Below, in pieces: positions 1 through 12,556 of a DNA stretch of 64,000 nt (position 1 is its first letter; each line of letters starts with the position of its first letter). A model generated the notes under the pieces. It saw only the letters and a list, made by a program, of their open reading frames with translations, ran no database searches and was not told where the DNA came from. Origin of the DNA: Mytilus californianus. Lineage: Eukaryota. Location: NCBI RefSeq assembly GCF_021869535.1, contig NW_026262679.1, forward strand, positions 50,096,001 through 50,160,000. Direction: 5' to 3'. The position numbers and the translations under genes were made by a program.

Positions 1-464
1 AATAATGTCATTGATTCTAAACATGAACAGTAATCAATGCTATTTTATTTCTTTTCAGTTATACTTTGGTTCGTACTAAGCAATAAATTCCCTGCAACTT
101 CTCAAAAGCGGCATCGTATGTGCCATACCACCAATTCAAATTCCTATATTACCAACAGTTTTTATAATCTCCACAGGTCTCTAAATATTGTCCTTGAAGT
201 TTCACGTCATGAGAGCCATGCATATCTTGAGTTATTTATGTATCACCTTTTTTATTACAATTTTCACTATCTAAGATGATAATCTTATTCGGAAAATAGC
301 AGACTTGTTAAAAAAAACTTCATACCAGAAGAACATTTTGTATAATGTACATTAAAGTTTAAATAAACTGTCATTGGAGGGCAACACATGAATTAAGCAT
401 TTAAATACTAAGTGAAATATAAATAGAAGGAAAAAGAACAATAACATGCTTAACCCCGCAGCAC

Positions 465-1040
465 TATGTAAGATGTGGTATAATTGCCAATGATACAACT
501 CTTCATCAGAATCCAAATGACATAGAAGTTAACAAATATAAGTCACCGTATGACCTTCAACAATGAGCAAACCTCATACCGCATAGTACGCTATAAATAT
601 CTCCGAAATGATAATGGAAAACAATTAAAACGACAAAACTAACGGCCTGATTTATGTACAAAAAATAAACAAAATACAAATATGTTTCTCGTTTCTCGTT
701 TTTTATATAGATTAGACCATTGGTTTTCCCGTTTGAATGGTTTTACACTAGTAATTTTTGGGGCCCTTTATAGCTTGCTGTTCGGTGTGAGCCAAGGCTC
801 CGTGTTGAAGACCGTACTTTGACCTATAATGGTTTACTTTTATAAATTTTGACTTGGATGGAGAGTTGTCTCATTGGCACTCATACCACATCTTCTTATA
901 TCTATGATATACAGCAACAAACGACAAGCACTAAATTACAGACTCCTGACTTGGGATATGTACAAAATGTACCTGGGTTAAACATGATTGCTGGCGCCAA
1001 ATCCTCCCTTTTAGCAGGGACAGTGGTGTAAAAGTACAAC
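465..1040 (-). repeat. Penelope-like-element 3' tail repeat (family B), interrupted by a family A copy at 683-904
   Basis: Begins AAGATGTGGTATAATTGCCAATGA like the copies at 35440, 44505 and 60455; the sequence resumes after 904 with CAGCAACAAACGAC. Confidence 0.65.
683..904 (+). repeat. Dispersed repeat family A (retro-type 3' tail ending GTTGTCTCATTGGCACTCATACCACATCTTCTTATATCT)
   Basis: Near-identical to 2798-3017, 5990-6206 and, in reverse, 22019-22240 and 51756-51975. Confidence 0.85.
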
Positions 1041-1264
1041 ATGTTCCTTGTCTCAAGCCAGGAGCCTGTAATCACATCTTGTCACTTTTTTTAGTCATGT
1101 CGGGGCCTTTTATAGCTGACTATACGGTACCGTAATATAAACTATATTCGATTACATCCACGTCATTTCGACGCTTATAAATAGTTGTCACATTAGCAAT
1201 CAAACCACATCGCCGTATTTCAATATTGTCATTAAAAAATAAGAAATGTCATTAATAAACAATA

Positions 1265-1471
1265 CTGTAAATTCAGAAATTATTGTGTGCATTTATTATT
1301 GCGATTTTTGAAAAATTGACAAAAGTGCGAGATTAATTATTGCGATTTCAGGAAAAGCGTCATGCAGATGTATGTATCAGATATCAGAATGCGAGTTCTT
1401 ATTATTGCGATGATCAACCAGTCGCATTATTCGCATTAATAAAAACCTTGCAATAATTTCTGAATTTACAG
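1265..1471. mobile_element. Tc1/mariner-type MITE with TA target duplication
   Basis: TA-CTGTAAATTCAGAAATTATTG ... CAATAATTTCTGAATTTACAG-TA: about 21-bp perfect TIRs flanked by TA. Confidence 0.85.
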
Positions 1472-1489
1472 TAATTTGAGGCCACTTAC

Positions 1490-1553
1490 CAACTTGTCCT
1501 TTTGCAAGTTCCACAAAAGCGAATACTGTCACAGCCAACAATAACCGACTCAT
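1490..1553 (-). CDS. Signal-peptide coding exon (MSRLLLAVTVFAFVELAKGQV) of a secreted or membrane protein; downstream exons not resolved
   Basis: Acceptor TTTTCAG immediately before AT-ATG, 21 codons plus 1 nt, then a GTAAGT donor (1489). Hydrophobic core with an A-x-G cleavage-like site. A candidate upstream non-coding exon ends at 1878 (CAG/GTATAT). Confidence 0.5.
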
Positions 1554-2797
1554 ATCTGAAAAGGTTAGAGATTAATTCCGTTATTGTATATTTTTTTATT
1601 GTAAATTTTCTGTTGCTTTCAAAAAGACGACAGGCACTTCGATATGTATTTATTTTTTTGCTACTTCATTTGGCATAATTTTGATTTGCCTTTACATCGT
1701 GTTGGTTTTTTCTTCAATGTATTGCTTTTGTTTTATATGTATATTTCCATTTTTAAAGCCTTAACGAATACGACAAGGATCTCAAAAAAGTTTAATGACA
1801 ATAAAGTTATTAGTTGATTAAAATCATTGTACAGTTTCAAATTGATTTAAAAATAAATAACATTATAAAAGATATACCTGCAAAGTGTTTCGTGTCGATT
1901 TACGCCAACTGAAAACTTGAAATGTACTGTTCACTTCGGAATTTTTAATATAATATCTTATTTTAAAGAGTGGATCTCTATCCCAATATTTAATGTTTAG
2001 ATAAATACCCAATATAATATTAAAACGCAAAAATGCATAAGTCAAATTATATTAACTCAAAAATAATATTTAAAATTGTTATAAATATTTAGGCCTGTAT
2101 TAATATAATTTAGGTCTTACGCGGATTAGCACACCTGGTCTAGTTAAATGAAATTTAAAATGTCGGGATGAGTTTCAAACAATTCTTTTAATTATATCCT
2201 GTTTTTTCATGCCAAAACTGAATATTCTATGTATTGACTGGCTTTCTTTTTCGTCAAATTGAAACTCACTGTTGGCAAATGAAGTTATGCTTCTTTGGCG
2301 AACAAAGAACGAGCGCTCTATGTCAACACTGTATAACGTTAAGAAAAAAACAATACGCAAGCAAGGCTTCAAAAAGATAAATTTATAACATAAAAAATCA
2401 AGATTAAAAAGAGAGGCACTGAATATAGTTATTAAACAAACAAAAAATTACACAAAAATAAACTACGCAATGTCGTGTAAAGTGTATCTTAACTCGTTTG
2501 TAGACATTAACCAACACACTTTAAGGTATCGTCAACCAGAAAATGATTCGGCATACTGTAACCGCTTACAAAATACAACTCATCATAATTAATTTCAAAC
2601 CAATATAATTCACTGTAAAGAACTGTATAATATGCAATTACAAATTTCAGGTTCAGTGCGTATAATGAAAATTCAAAGTATTGTCAAATAAGAAGTGACT
2701 GACGTGCAGATCTGAAAGCGCTTACATAGTACAACTCTTCAGCAAAACGTTACAGCCCAAATTTCAAATCATTCAATATAAGAGAATCGAAGTTAAA

Positions 2798-3017
2798 TTT
2801 CTCGTTTCTCGTTTTTTATATAGATTAGACCGTTGGTTTTCCCGTTTGAATGGTTTTACACTAGTAATTTTTGGGGCCCTTTATAGCTTGCTGTTCGGTG
2901 TGAGCCAAGGCTCCGTGTTGAAGACCGTACTTTGACCTATAATGGTTTATTTTTATAAATTTTGACTTGGATGGAGAGTTGTCTCATTGGCACTCATGCC
3001 ACATCTTCTTATATCTA
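2798..3017 (+). repeat. Dispersed repeat family A copy
   Basis: Near-identical to 683-904 and starts at the same TTTCTCGTTTCTCG point. Confidence 0.85.
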
Positions 3018-4039
3018 TTTCGAAGGGACGAATGCATCATACCCCAAGTCCGATAGTGTGAATAAATTTTCAATATTAAATTATCCCCTATGATGATTGT
3101 TTTGTTTAATCTCCTCTTCAAACGTGGCATCAAAAAACAACCGTAATACACGTACCAACAAAATCCAGAAAACTTCGGCGCACACTTACAAATTCAGAAA
3201 TATACTAGCTAAATATTTCAGATTATACATGTAATGAATACTAAAAATATATGAGAAGAATAAGTCTAGATCTCAAAGGTGTTAATTGCAAAGAATATTA
3301 TGTAAGCAGGCATGTTTTGTTTTAATTTCAAACGGTTTCCATGTAACAAGAGGTTAAATGATTAAACGTACTATTCTCAAAATACATTTATTTTCATTTA
3401 AAATACCAATTTCATTTGAGCATAAACATGAAAATTATAGAGACCTGCTGCAATAATTTTTTCAAAGTAATGTTGTTCTTGTATTTATAAGCTTCACTGG
3501 GTTTTGCAATACATGTAGTGGGTGATTCTTTTTTTTTTTATTTATTTCATATTTCATACAATCATGCATTAAAAATGCATATGTATAAATCTGAACATTT
3601 CAACCAAGAAATTTTATGTCGCAGGGCTAGGTCAAGATCCGAAGATTTAATTTATTAAGGCATCATGTAGATTAAATTTCTTTGTCTTTGTGGTAAAATT
3701 TTGAAAGTAACATACATTACAGAGTAGGTTAGTCATTATGATAAGGTTAGATATTACTCTTATTTTCTAACAGTGACCCAGTCACAGATATAATCCGCTT
3801 AACAGGTGATAAACATTTGTTGATTCACCTGGTTGTTTAATGTAGGATAGTTTAATAACTCATCAAATAATAATCCATGTATAACTTTTATCAATATTTA
3901 AATAGTACTTTAAATTAAAATGGAAAGAAATGGAATTAATATTTTACTGGCTTATCTTTTCAAATCCAAATGTAAATATACACTCCTTGTTTAAGGTCAT
4001 GAACAATGATCTTACTTTGTAAACAAAAACACTGACTCC

Positions 4040-4600
4040 AACAAAAAATGCACCGAAGATGAATCAACATAATGCTGGACTTATTTGTTGAGTTTGATGG
4101 ATTTGACAGAATAACGGACAATCGGTATTCCAATGGGTAGTAATTATACACCCACTACTGGCCGCCTTGTTTTTGTTCTCATGCGAGGCATAATTCATAC
4201 ATAACCTTTTCGGAGACAAAAAGAATAAGCATCTTGCAAAATTCTTTAATTTCACTTTCAGATATATTAATGATGCCCTGTCAGTGTGTCACTCATTAAC
4301 CCACATTGCATCTCATATATCCATGTGAACTTTAGATTAAGGATACTACCGAAACTAGCAGGTCCTCTTCATATCTTAATCTTAATCTTTTCCTCTATGA
4401 CAAAAGTGAAACTAGTGCGATGAACTAACAGCTCAACCATTTCTTTATAGAATTAACGGAACCCCACCCTTTCAACCGCCAAAGGATTTCACGTGCATAT
4501 ATTACCCATATATCTAAATCCAAAATAATAAAAACTGGTTTTATAACTGCTCTAACCAGTTTTGAACATATAAATCATATAACTATATTAAACATAGGGG
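4040..4600 (+). pseudogene. Degenerate Penelope-like element reverse transcriptase fragment
   Basis: Hand translation gives GIPMGSNYTPLLAALFLFSCEA and KNKHLAKFFNFTFRYINDALS, matching the GIPMGTNCAPLLAD and FRYIDDVLS motifs of the element at 46475-47437; stops and frameshifts present. Confidence 0.75.
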
Positions 4601-5739
4601 ACATCTCTAAATTCAAACGAAAAGAAATATATACAAATTCTCTCTCGCAATGCTTGTCTGAATTTAAAGTATGTCGTTACTAAATTCCTTATTATGAATT
4701 AGACAAAACTAATATAGATTTGGTTGCACGCAGTGACTTGTTCTTTTCTCCTGCAAACAATGTTTTACATGTACCATAATGATGATATTAAATTTGGTTT
4801 ACAGAGATACATTTGTATGTTGAAAAGAAGAGTTTGGAATACGTTCATAAGACAACAACTCGTCAAAGCTCAATAAAGGCAACAACAAAAAGATGATAAA
4901 ATCACACAAAACACGTTAAACAACAAATTAGATATGAAGAGAAAAACCATGACATAGATGTCATCAATCTTTTAGAATGGAAACATTTATATATCAAAAT
5001 AGAAAGTTTCTCAGCTCAGGAGTATTATCCTTGTTGATTCTTTTGTTTTTGTTAGTGTACTATTAGATATATATCAATATCAACCAAAATGTTGAAGGAT
5101 AAATATCTTTTGAGGGGACAATCATGAGAATCTTAATAAAATTATTTGTATTTGTCACAAACTTTTCGTGAAAATTAATATGTCATAAGCATATTTATTT
5201 GTTTAATTTGGTGGGACATCCATTGCTGCTTTTTCAAACAATTCATGTGCGCTATAATTCAAGGAAAATTAAACAGTATTCGTTGGTATCGTTTGTTTCA
5301 TTTGTTTTAGATAAGATGAGGGAAATGAACGAATCGTTTGTATACTCGTAGACTCTTTTCAAAAACTTTGTATTATTGCTGTCTATCTGCCTACTTATAA
5401 TCCTTCAGTAAATTTAGTTATTGAGTATATGGAATGTCTAGACATAAGTCACCATATAATGTCACTGTATAGTAATGTCAAGAAGTTATCATTTTTGGTG
5501 ATCTCAATGGCACTTTGTAACATCAAAGGAAATACAACAAACATGATATAGCTATTCGTCAATTTACTCTTGAGCATAATTTACAGAAAATAAAATCAAA
5601 CAAACATTTTTCATCTTTCAGGTGCCTTAACCTCTCAGATAGATTATATAATGAGCATTTTAACATTGTTTAAACCTGTTTAATTACTTTTGACCTTAAT
5701 TATTTATCCCTTATAATTTTTATTAACTATGTATTTGCA

Positions 5740-6206
5740 TTCAGGTATCACAGATCAAATTTATTCGTTCATTAATTGTGTGTTAATTTACGTTTTTTGA
5801 TTGAGTTAAGCCTTCCAATTGATATTTTATAGTGTGTCTTTCTATGTTGTGATGTTATGCTATTGTTTCAGAAAAGGGAGAAGGTGTGGTACCATTAAAA
5901 CGTTTAATCCCGCTGCAAATGTTTGCACCTGTCCTAAGTCAGGAAACTGATGTACAGTAGTTGTCGTCTGTTTATGTAGTTCATACGTGTTTCTCGTTTC
6001 TCGTTTTTATATAGATGAGACCGTTGGTTTTCCCGTTTGAATGGTTTTACACTAGTCATTTTTGGGGCCCTTTATAGCTTGCTGTTCGGTGTGAGCCAAG
6101 GCTCCGTGTTGAAGACCATACTTTGACCTATAATGGTTTATTTTTACAAATTGTGACTTGGATGGAGAGTTGTCTCATTGACACTCATACCACATCTTCT
6201 TATATC
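5740..6206 (+). repeat. Long copy of dispersed repeat family A
   Basis: Contains the 683-904 sequence plus about 250 bp of 5' extension shared with 22240-22480 in reverse. Confidence 0.85.
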
Positions 6207-6239
6207 TTATTAATGACAAATTGATATTAGACTACACAA

Positions 6240-9055
6240 TTTATGACCAATGCGGTATCAACACATATAGTCACACTCCTGTTTCTGCCATCTTAAACGT
6301 TCAGGTTAAGTCTAGCAAAGTGTCAAAGATAAAAGAATCGGACAGAAAAATTCAGTGGTCAAAATAAAATTTGGATTACTTTCAAGAAACGCTTCATAAT
6401 GAGCTACAAATCCTTACAAAACAAGACCTAACAATCACAGACTGCTTTCAATCTCTAATGGCATTACTTCTCAAAGCCTCAAATGTCTCTACTACTGCAA
6501 TAGTCATTCAGCTGAATTTAAGGGCCCTCGCTGGAAAACTTCTCCACAGTTACATCTTTTTTTGAGAAAAACCAGAGAAGAATTTAGAATTTTGGTATCA
6601 AATGGCAGTCCTGAAGAAACACTCCAATATAATAAAAGATTACAGCTCAAAGAGGTATATGACGTCAACTTTGTAAAGAAAGATATCTTGATCGAAAATC
6701 CCTCTATGAACAAATTATGGATAATCCAATCACAGATTTATTTTATCTGATCAGAAGAAAATCAGAGGAAATTCCTCGGCGAAACTCAGTTGCATCTCCG
6801 TGAAGGAGAATGATTTTTCCACAGATTTTGAAGAATAGAGGCTGTGTTTTTTTTGGGTTTTTTTTTTTTAACACTTCGAAGATTTTGTTGTCACAAAGGA
6901 CAATAACAATAACGCTGACTTCCTTGATTTATGCAACTCTAGACACGAATTTATTTCAAATATCTATGCTGCAAACAAAAGTAAGTTTCAACCAGTGACT
7001 GCTCTAGGGGTAGAAAATGCAATTTCAAGTCTGAATACCGGTAAAGCCTGTGACGAATTCGGAATTTTAGCAGAACATTCGAAAGCTTCTGGTCATATAC
7101 TTATACCGTATTTAACAACTCTGTTTACGAAATTTTGACGACAAGACAGGTTCCAGATATCTTAAAAGGAGCACTCTTATTTCCCGTCTAAAAGAAACAA
7201 AAAGATTCAAGAATAATGAACAATTACCGTGGTATAACAGTAACCCCAGTATTTACAAAACTGTTTGAATGAGTTTTACTTCCATAAATATCTTGTAACT
7301 TCATTCAATGTTTTCTATATTTTGGATTCACATCAGGGTTATCGATGTTTCTGGCCGCACTCCTTGTTTCAGAATAAAACGTGTCAAAGGCAGAATTAAA
7401 AATTATACCTTCATTTGGTCTATTTTTCGTCACATTAGATAGATATATATAGTCAGAAGGCATTTGACGTCGTCAATCGCATCATAATGTTGGACAAATT
7501 CTATGAAACAGGAATTCATCCCACTCTCTGGTCCGTAGTAAAAGATTTATACCATGGTATATATTCTAAAATAAAATTGGCAGGAGGGATAAGTGATCCG
7601 TTCCTAATAATACAAGGCGTCCGTCAGGTAGATCTTAACAGAGTGCTGCAGGATGATAAATTTGGACTTACACTAGGAAATATCTCCAGCAACACCGACG
7701 AGCTTCAATGCATGTTGACTACATTAAATCAACATACACTTCGAGATAGAGTCTCAATTCATCCTAAGAAAACAAATGCCGTCATATTAAAAAAAAACTC
7801 AAAGCTGTCAATTGTCGTACCTTATATGGACACTATAGGTGATGCACATATTTCTCCAACTAATCATACTGTGTATCTTGGGACTATTAGATCTGAAAGC
7901 AAAGAGAACGTTTTAATTAATATTGAAGACCTATTAGTCTGGCAAGACGTACAATGTATGCTCTTACATGTATAAACACTGCAATGCATGGCTCAAATAA
8001 CCCCATCGTTGCTTACAAGATAAACCGTTCTTATGTTCTACCAAAATTGTTATATGGAATTGAAATGCTTCCTTTGAACAAAACAACTACAAACATTCTT
8101 GCTAAATTTCATAATGATGTTCTCCGGAAAATTCAAACATCTCAACAATGACTGCATTATAGGCTGTTTACCTTCTTCTAGGTGGCCTCCCAATAGGCTG
8201 AGATACATCGACGTCAGCTCTGTTTCTTATATCATAGTAAAGTCTGCATTAATAAAATTATTCAATATCTATTTCGAAGGCAACTTGTTATGAATTCAGA
8301 TAACATGAATAGCTTAAAGCTTCTTTTGACAAGAAAATGACACTCTGAAATTTTATGATTTACCTACTATTGAAGAAATCAAACAGACTTTGAGTCTTAA
8401 TTAGCTTGGAAATTCCATATAAAACAAACAGTCTATAATAAATTATCAGACTCACTCCTTGTATAGGCTTCAACCAAATCTTCCTTAATATATGTTTAGT
8501 TAAAAGAACTGAAAATTGGCCAGTCCCATCTTGTATGTAGATCTCTACAGTCCACATTGTCAGACGTCATTAAAGGTATTACAAAATGTAGATTGGTTAC
8601 CAAAACATTTATTACCCAATCCGAAAAATCAAGATTCGGCAAAGAGGGAGCCAGTTCTATGTGTCAATTATGTCTTACTGAGGATGAAGGTATTGCTTAT
8701 TTCTTATTAAGATGTTCAGCTTTACATGATATCCACAGGATGTACTATACAAAGTTTAAAGATCTGACTATCTCATATATGGGTCAAAGAAATTGGCAAA
8801 CTCGTTTTGTGACAAAAGATTGATGAATATATTGTCAAATTAATAGTGGACTCAGTTTATAGAAATTTATTCAGTGATGAAAACCAAATTCTTGAAGTTA
8901 CCAATCTCCAACTTCATGGTTAAAGACTAAAAACATGATTTCGTGTTTAAAGACTGTCTATACTAAAATCGCTCAATTGCGAATTAAATTATTTGCTGGT
9001 CAGCTGGGCTTCTCTACGCTAAACCAATAGCAATCGTATAAATAAATAAATAAGC
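6240..9055 (+). mobile_element. Decayed non-LTR retrotransposon (RTE-X/L2-like LINE): endonuclease end, RT, C-terminal CxxC knuckle, (AAAT)n tail
   Basis: Fragments NNYRGITVTP, KAFDVVN, QGVRQ, YRINRSYVLPKLLYG-like segment, CQLCLTEDEGIAYFLLRC; many frameshifts; ATAAATAAATAAATAA near 9038-9053. Confidence 0.8.
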
Positions 9056-9329
9056 TCTATTTAGAGTCGACATAGTATACAAACAAGGACATAACATAAG
9101 CTCTATTGGGCTTTTAACCGACATACAATTTTAGGTAAAACAATACAAAAACATAATAAGAATGTATAATAAGTATACATCTAATATTTATTATATGCTT
9201 CTTTCACCTATATATTCTCCTCTGTGTACGCTTATTCATATATGACATAAATGAAATGTGCTGTAGGCTTTATATAGCTAGTGACATGTAGATAATTGCT
9301 AAGCATTCTGAAAGATGAACTGTTGACGC

Positions 9330-9490
9330 CACTTTTAAGCGCCACTTTTGGGCTATTTCGTGGTGGAGGAAGCCGGAGTGCCCTGAGAAAACCACCGACC
9401 TTCGATACTGAGGAAAACTGACAATACTAGTCAATTAAGATTGGATTCTTGTGCACCCGCACGGGCGGGATTCGAACTGACAACCTCAGA
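9330..9490 (-). mobile_element. Degenerate partial tRNA-derived SINE (same family as 25193-25456)
   Basis: GGTGGAGGAAGCCGGAGT, GAAAACCACCGACCTTCGAT and GGATTCGAAC segments match the SINE in reverse. Confidence 0.7.
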
Positions 9491-9947
9491 CTATTTTCGT
9501 TGCCACTTATGGTGTTTTAATTCATTGGATTTTATGAAATTATCATGATGATACCGAGAGGTATTTTTAACAATTTAGTGGACCACTATGTTAACTCTAA
9601 TGTTTTTAACGAAAAGTTAAGCTTACTGAATTCTTGGTGTCCCATAGCTGGGAGTACAATACGAAGATAAGAAGAAGTAGTATCATTGCTTTCTCTCCCC
9701 TTACTTATATTTCCCCTGAGCCCGCCAAAACCCAGAAGCTGTCAGACAATTCAATTCTAAAGCCGACAAAAGGCATTATATTTATCCTTCCTGCACTGAA
9801 GGCATGGAAATAGAGGATTATGTAAGACTTAACATTATATTTTCTTGCAAGAAAAACTGATGTGACCATGACCCCAAAATTATTGATCATCGGCATCGAA
9901 TGCCATTATTTATCCTGCACTCGTTCCATTTGTGCAGCTAAAATGCA

Positions 9948-12556
9948 TTTTTAGGTCTAAAGGGCCAAGTGTGCTTTTCTCATCACTTGGCGTCTGTCGT
10001 CCGTCGTCTTTTAAATTTTTATTAAAACTTCTATGAAACTACCAGGCCAAGTTTGATTAAAAATCATACTTGGACACAATCATCATTGCATTGGGGTATC
10101 CCGCAATGGTGGTAAGTCGTGCACTTAAGGACATTTTTTATTTTATTTTTCTGTGGACTTAGCTTTGTTTTTTTATTAGTGTGTATTGTCAAGCTTGGTT
10201 ACTCATAATTGTTTCTCAGTCACTGAATGTACGATGTTGTTCCATACTGGAGCAGCTGACCTGGTTTGTTTACATTCAAATTCTAATGGCTTCAAAACCA
10301 CGTGACACATTGAATCGTGATGTCCAATCAAATTGCGCTATTGTCAATTAGGGGATTTTTTAGTCTACGGCAATTACATTATTTGTTTGTATGATATTGC
10401 TTTGAAATAGTTTGCAATAAATTGGGGGTTTATTCAATAGGAAACCTCATTATTAGCCATGAAATTTGACATCAATGGAATTTTATATGAATATTTACTT
10501 ATGGTCAAAATATCGATTTCTTTATATTGAACCAAAATTTATTTTTATGAAAAACATATGAATATTTTTTTTTATTAACCTACTCTATATTCCTGAACAA
10601 AAATATGGCATGATTATCGTTTGTTTCCCAAAGTTTTTCTTTCAATTTGGATGGGTTTTTTTCGCGGGAAAATCGCGTAAGACGTAAGGTGCTTGCCATT
10701 TTGAAATTCTTAAAAATACGATTTGCTTGGCCTGTTCGGTCTGCAATTAGGATTGATGACGCTTAATGGAATGTAAACAAAGCAATGGGGGCCGGAAAAG
10801 GGATTTTCTGAAGTTCTAGAATGTTTTTAGGCATTCGGAAGTCAGGTTTGAAACGGCCATTAGAAAATTGGCATTTTTGTACAATACTTTAGAATAACAA
10901 TGAAAACATATCTTTAGAAATGTTTTTTTATTTAGAAGAGTAGAAAAAATGTATTCTGCACTAATTGTGTACGCTGGTTATTAGCGTAGTGACGTCAATG
11001 TGGAGTTTTCCTGTGTGATAAGTACAATAACAAAATCCGAACAAACCAACATTATGACAGATTATAGACTACAGTAGGATATCTAGTTGAAAAAATGTGT
11101 TCTATGACCTGACCAGCCAACCAAGATGGCCCGCATGGCTAAAAATAGAACACAGGGGTAAAATGCAAGTTTTGCCTATTATTTTGAAAACAGCTATAAA
11201 TAGAGAAAATCTGATAAGGGGCAAAACTGTTCGTATTTAAAACAAAAAAGGTATTGTGTTCTTTCATGTCAAAAACTGTTTGATGACTTCTTATAGGAGT
11301 TATTGCCCTTAAATGACAAATTTTTAAAAAAAAATTTAATTTTTGCCTTTTATCGTTTATCTGGAAAATTATAATAGATTGACAGAAAATTGAATTAGCA
11401 AAAATGATTTCCGTAATCGGCCTTGTATAATTCGCACTGGTTCATTGACCGCACCCCCCTTCTCGCCAGGAGAATTCAGGTAAAAAAACTTTTTGAAACT
11501 GTTTGAAACCGTCTAATGAAACTCCGATAATTTGAAATCGTGTGTGATCGTATGAGGTATTTTCATGGAAAAACCTGTTTTCCATCATCAAATAGAAGCT
11601 GAAAATGCTTGTACATGTAAATGATTCTAGAACACTTCATGAGTGTTAAAATAAGTCAAAATCACAAAAAAAAAAAATTTAGAAACTTGTATGTTTAAAC
11701 TGGAAGTTCGAATAGCACGTGTAAATGAAAATAGATACGGTGAGAGTATAGGAAAAGCCGTACTTAATAGATATCACTAGAATTTCTACTTTGAAAGTAA
11801 AACAGTTCCATCCTTAAGTAAAATAATGTTTAACATATCTATCACATTAATGTTTGAAGGATCTTAAGCTAAAACAAAACACATGCGTCAGTATGAAACA
11901 CCAAAACGGAACCAATAACCAATTACGTTTTGTAGTTTATACATCGTTACAGTATGCTTAAGCTGATTCCCGACTGACTTCTACACTTTTTTCATTCCGT
12001 TAAATTCAAGTATATTTCAGTTTATTTTATGCAATGCAGTGAAAAGAAACAAGAAATTTGTAGTGATTCTGAAGCATTTAATTTTGAAATTTATCAGTTT
12101 ATTTTTGATATTGAATAAAATTACTTACATATTAATATGGATTAGGTAAAATTATTAGTTTTGAAAATGATGAATGCCCTCTACAATTTCAATAACAAAC
12201 ATGGCGGAATGTAATACAAACCTCGCGAAATCGAATTTTTCTCTTATTTTTTTCTTATCGTACTCTATAGTCCGCACCCCTGTCTGGCAGGTTCAATTTT
12301 GGAGAACTCGTTATTGCAGTTATTGCCCTTTAATGATCATTTTTGGGGCATTTTTTGCATATTATCTTAAAAATTATAATAGATAAATAGAAACTTTAAA
12401 AAGGAAAAATTATCAGCAGGATAATTTTTGCAAATATGTCGACATGACTGAAATTGTCTCTTAATAGAGTTATTCCCCTTTAATGATGAATTTTACTAAA
12501 AATGGCTATTGTTGAAGATGTAGGTAAGCGACACAGGCTCTGAAGAGCTTGTAGTT
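9948..12556 (+). mobile_element. Helentron-type non-autonomous element (HINE) carrying nested insertions at about 10108-11083 and 11410-12310
   Basis: 5' TTTTAGG...CTTTTCTCATCACTTGGCGTCTGTCGTCCGTCGTC; 3' GTAGGTAAGCGACACAGGCTCTGAAGAGCTTGTAGTT; body collinear with 19903-20990. Confidence 0.65.

Noticed and set aside
37-279. 80-aa + strand ORF
   Set aside because: No recognisable motif; composition matches AT-rich non-coding DNA.
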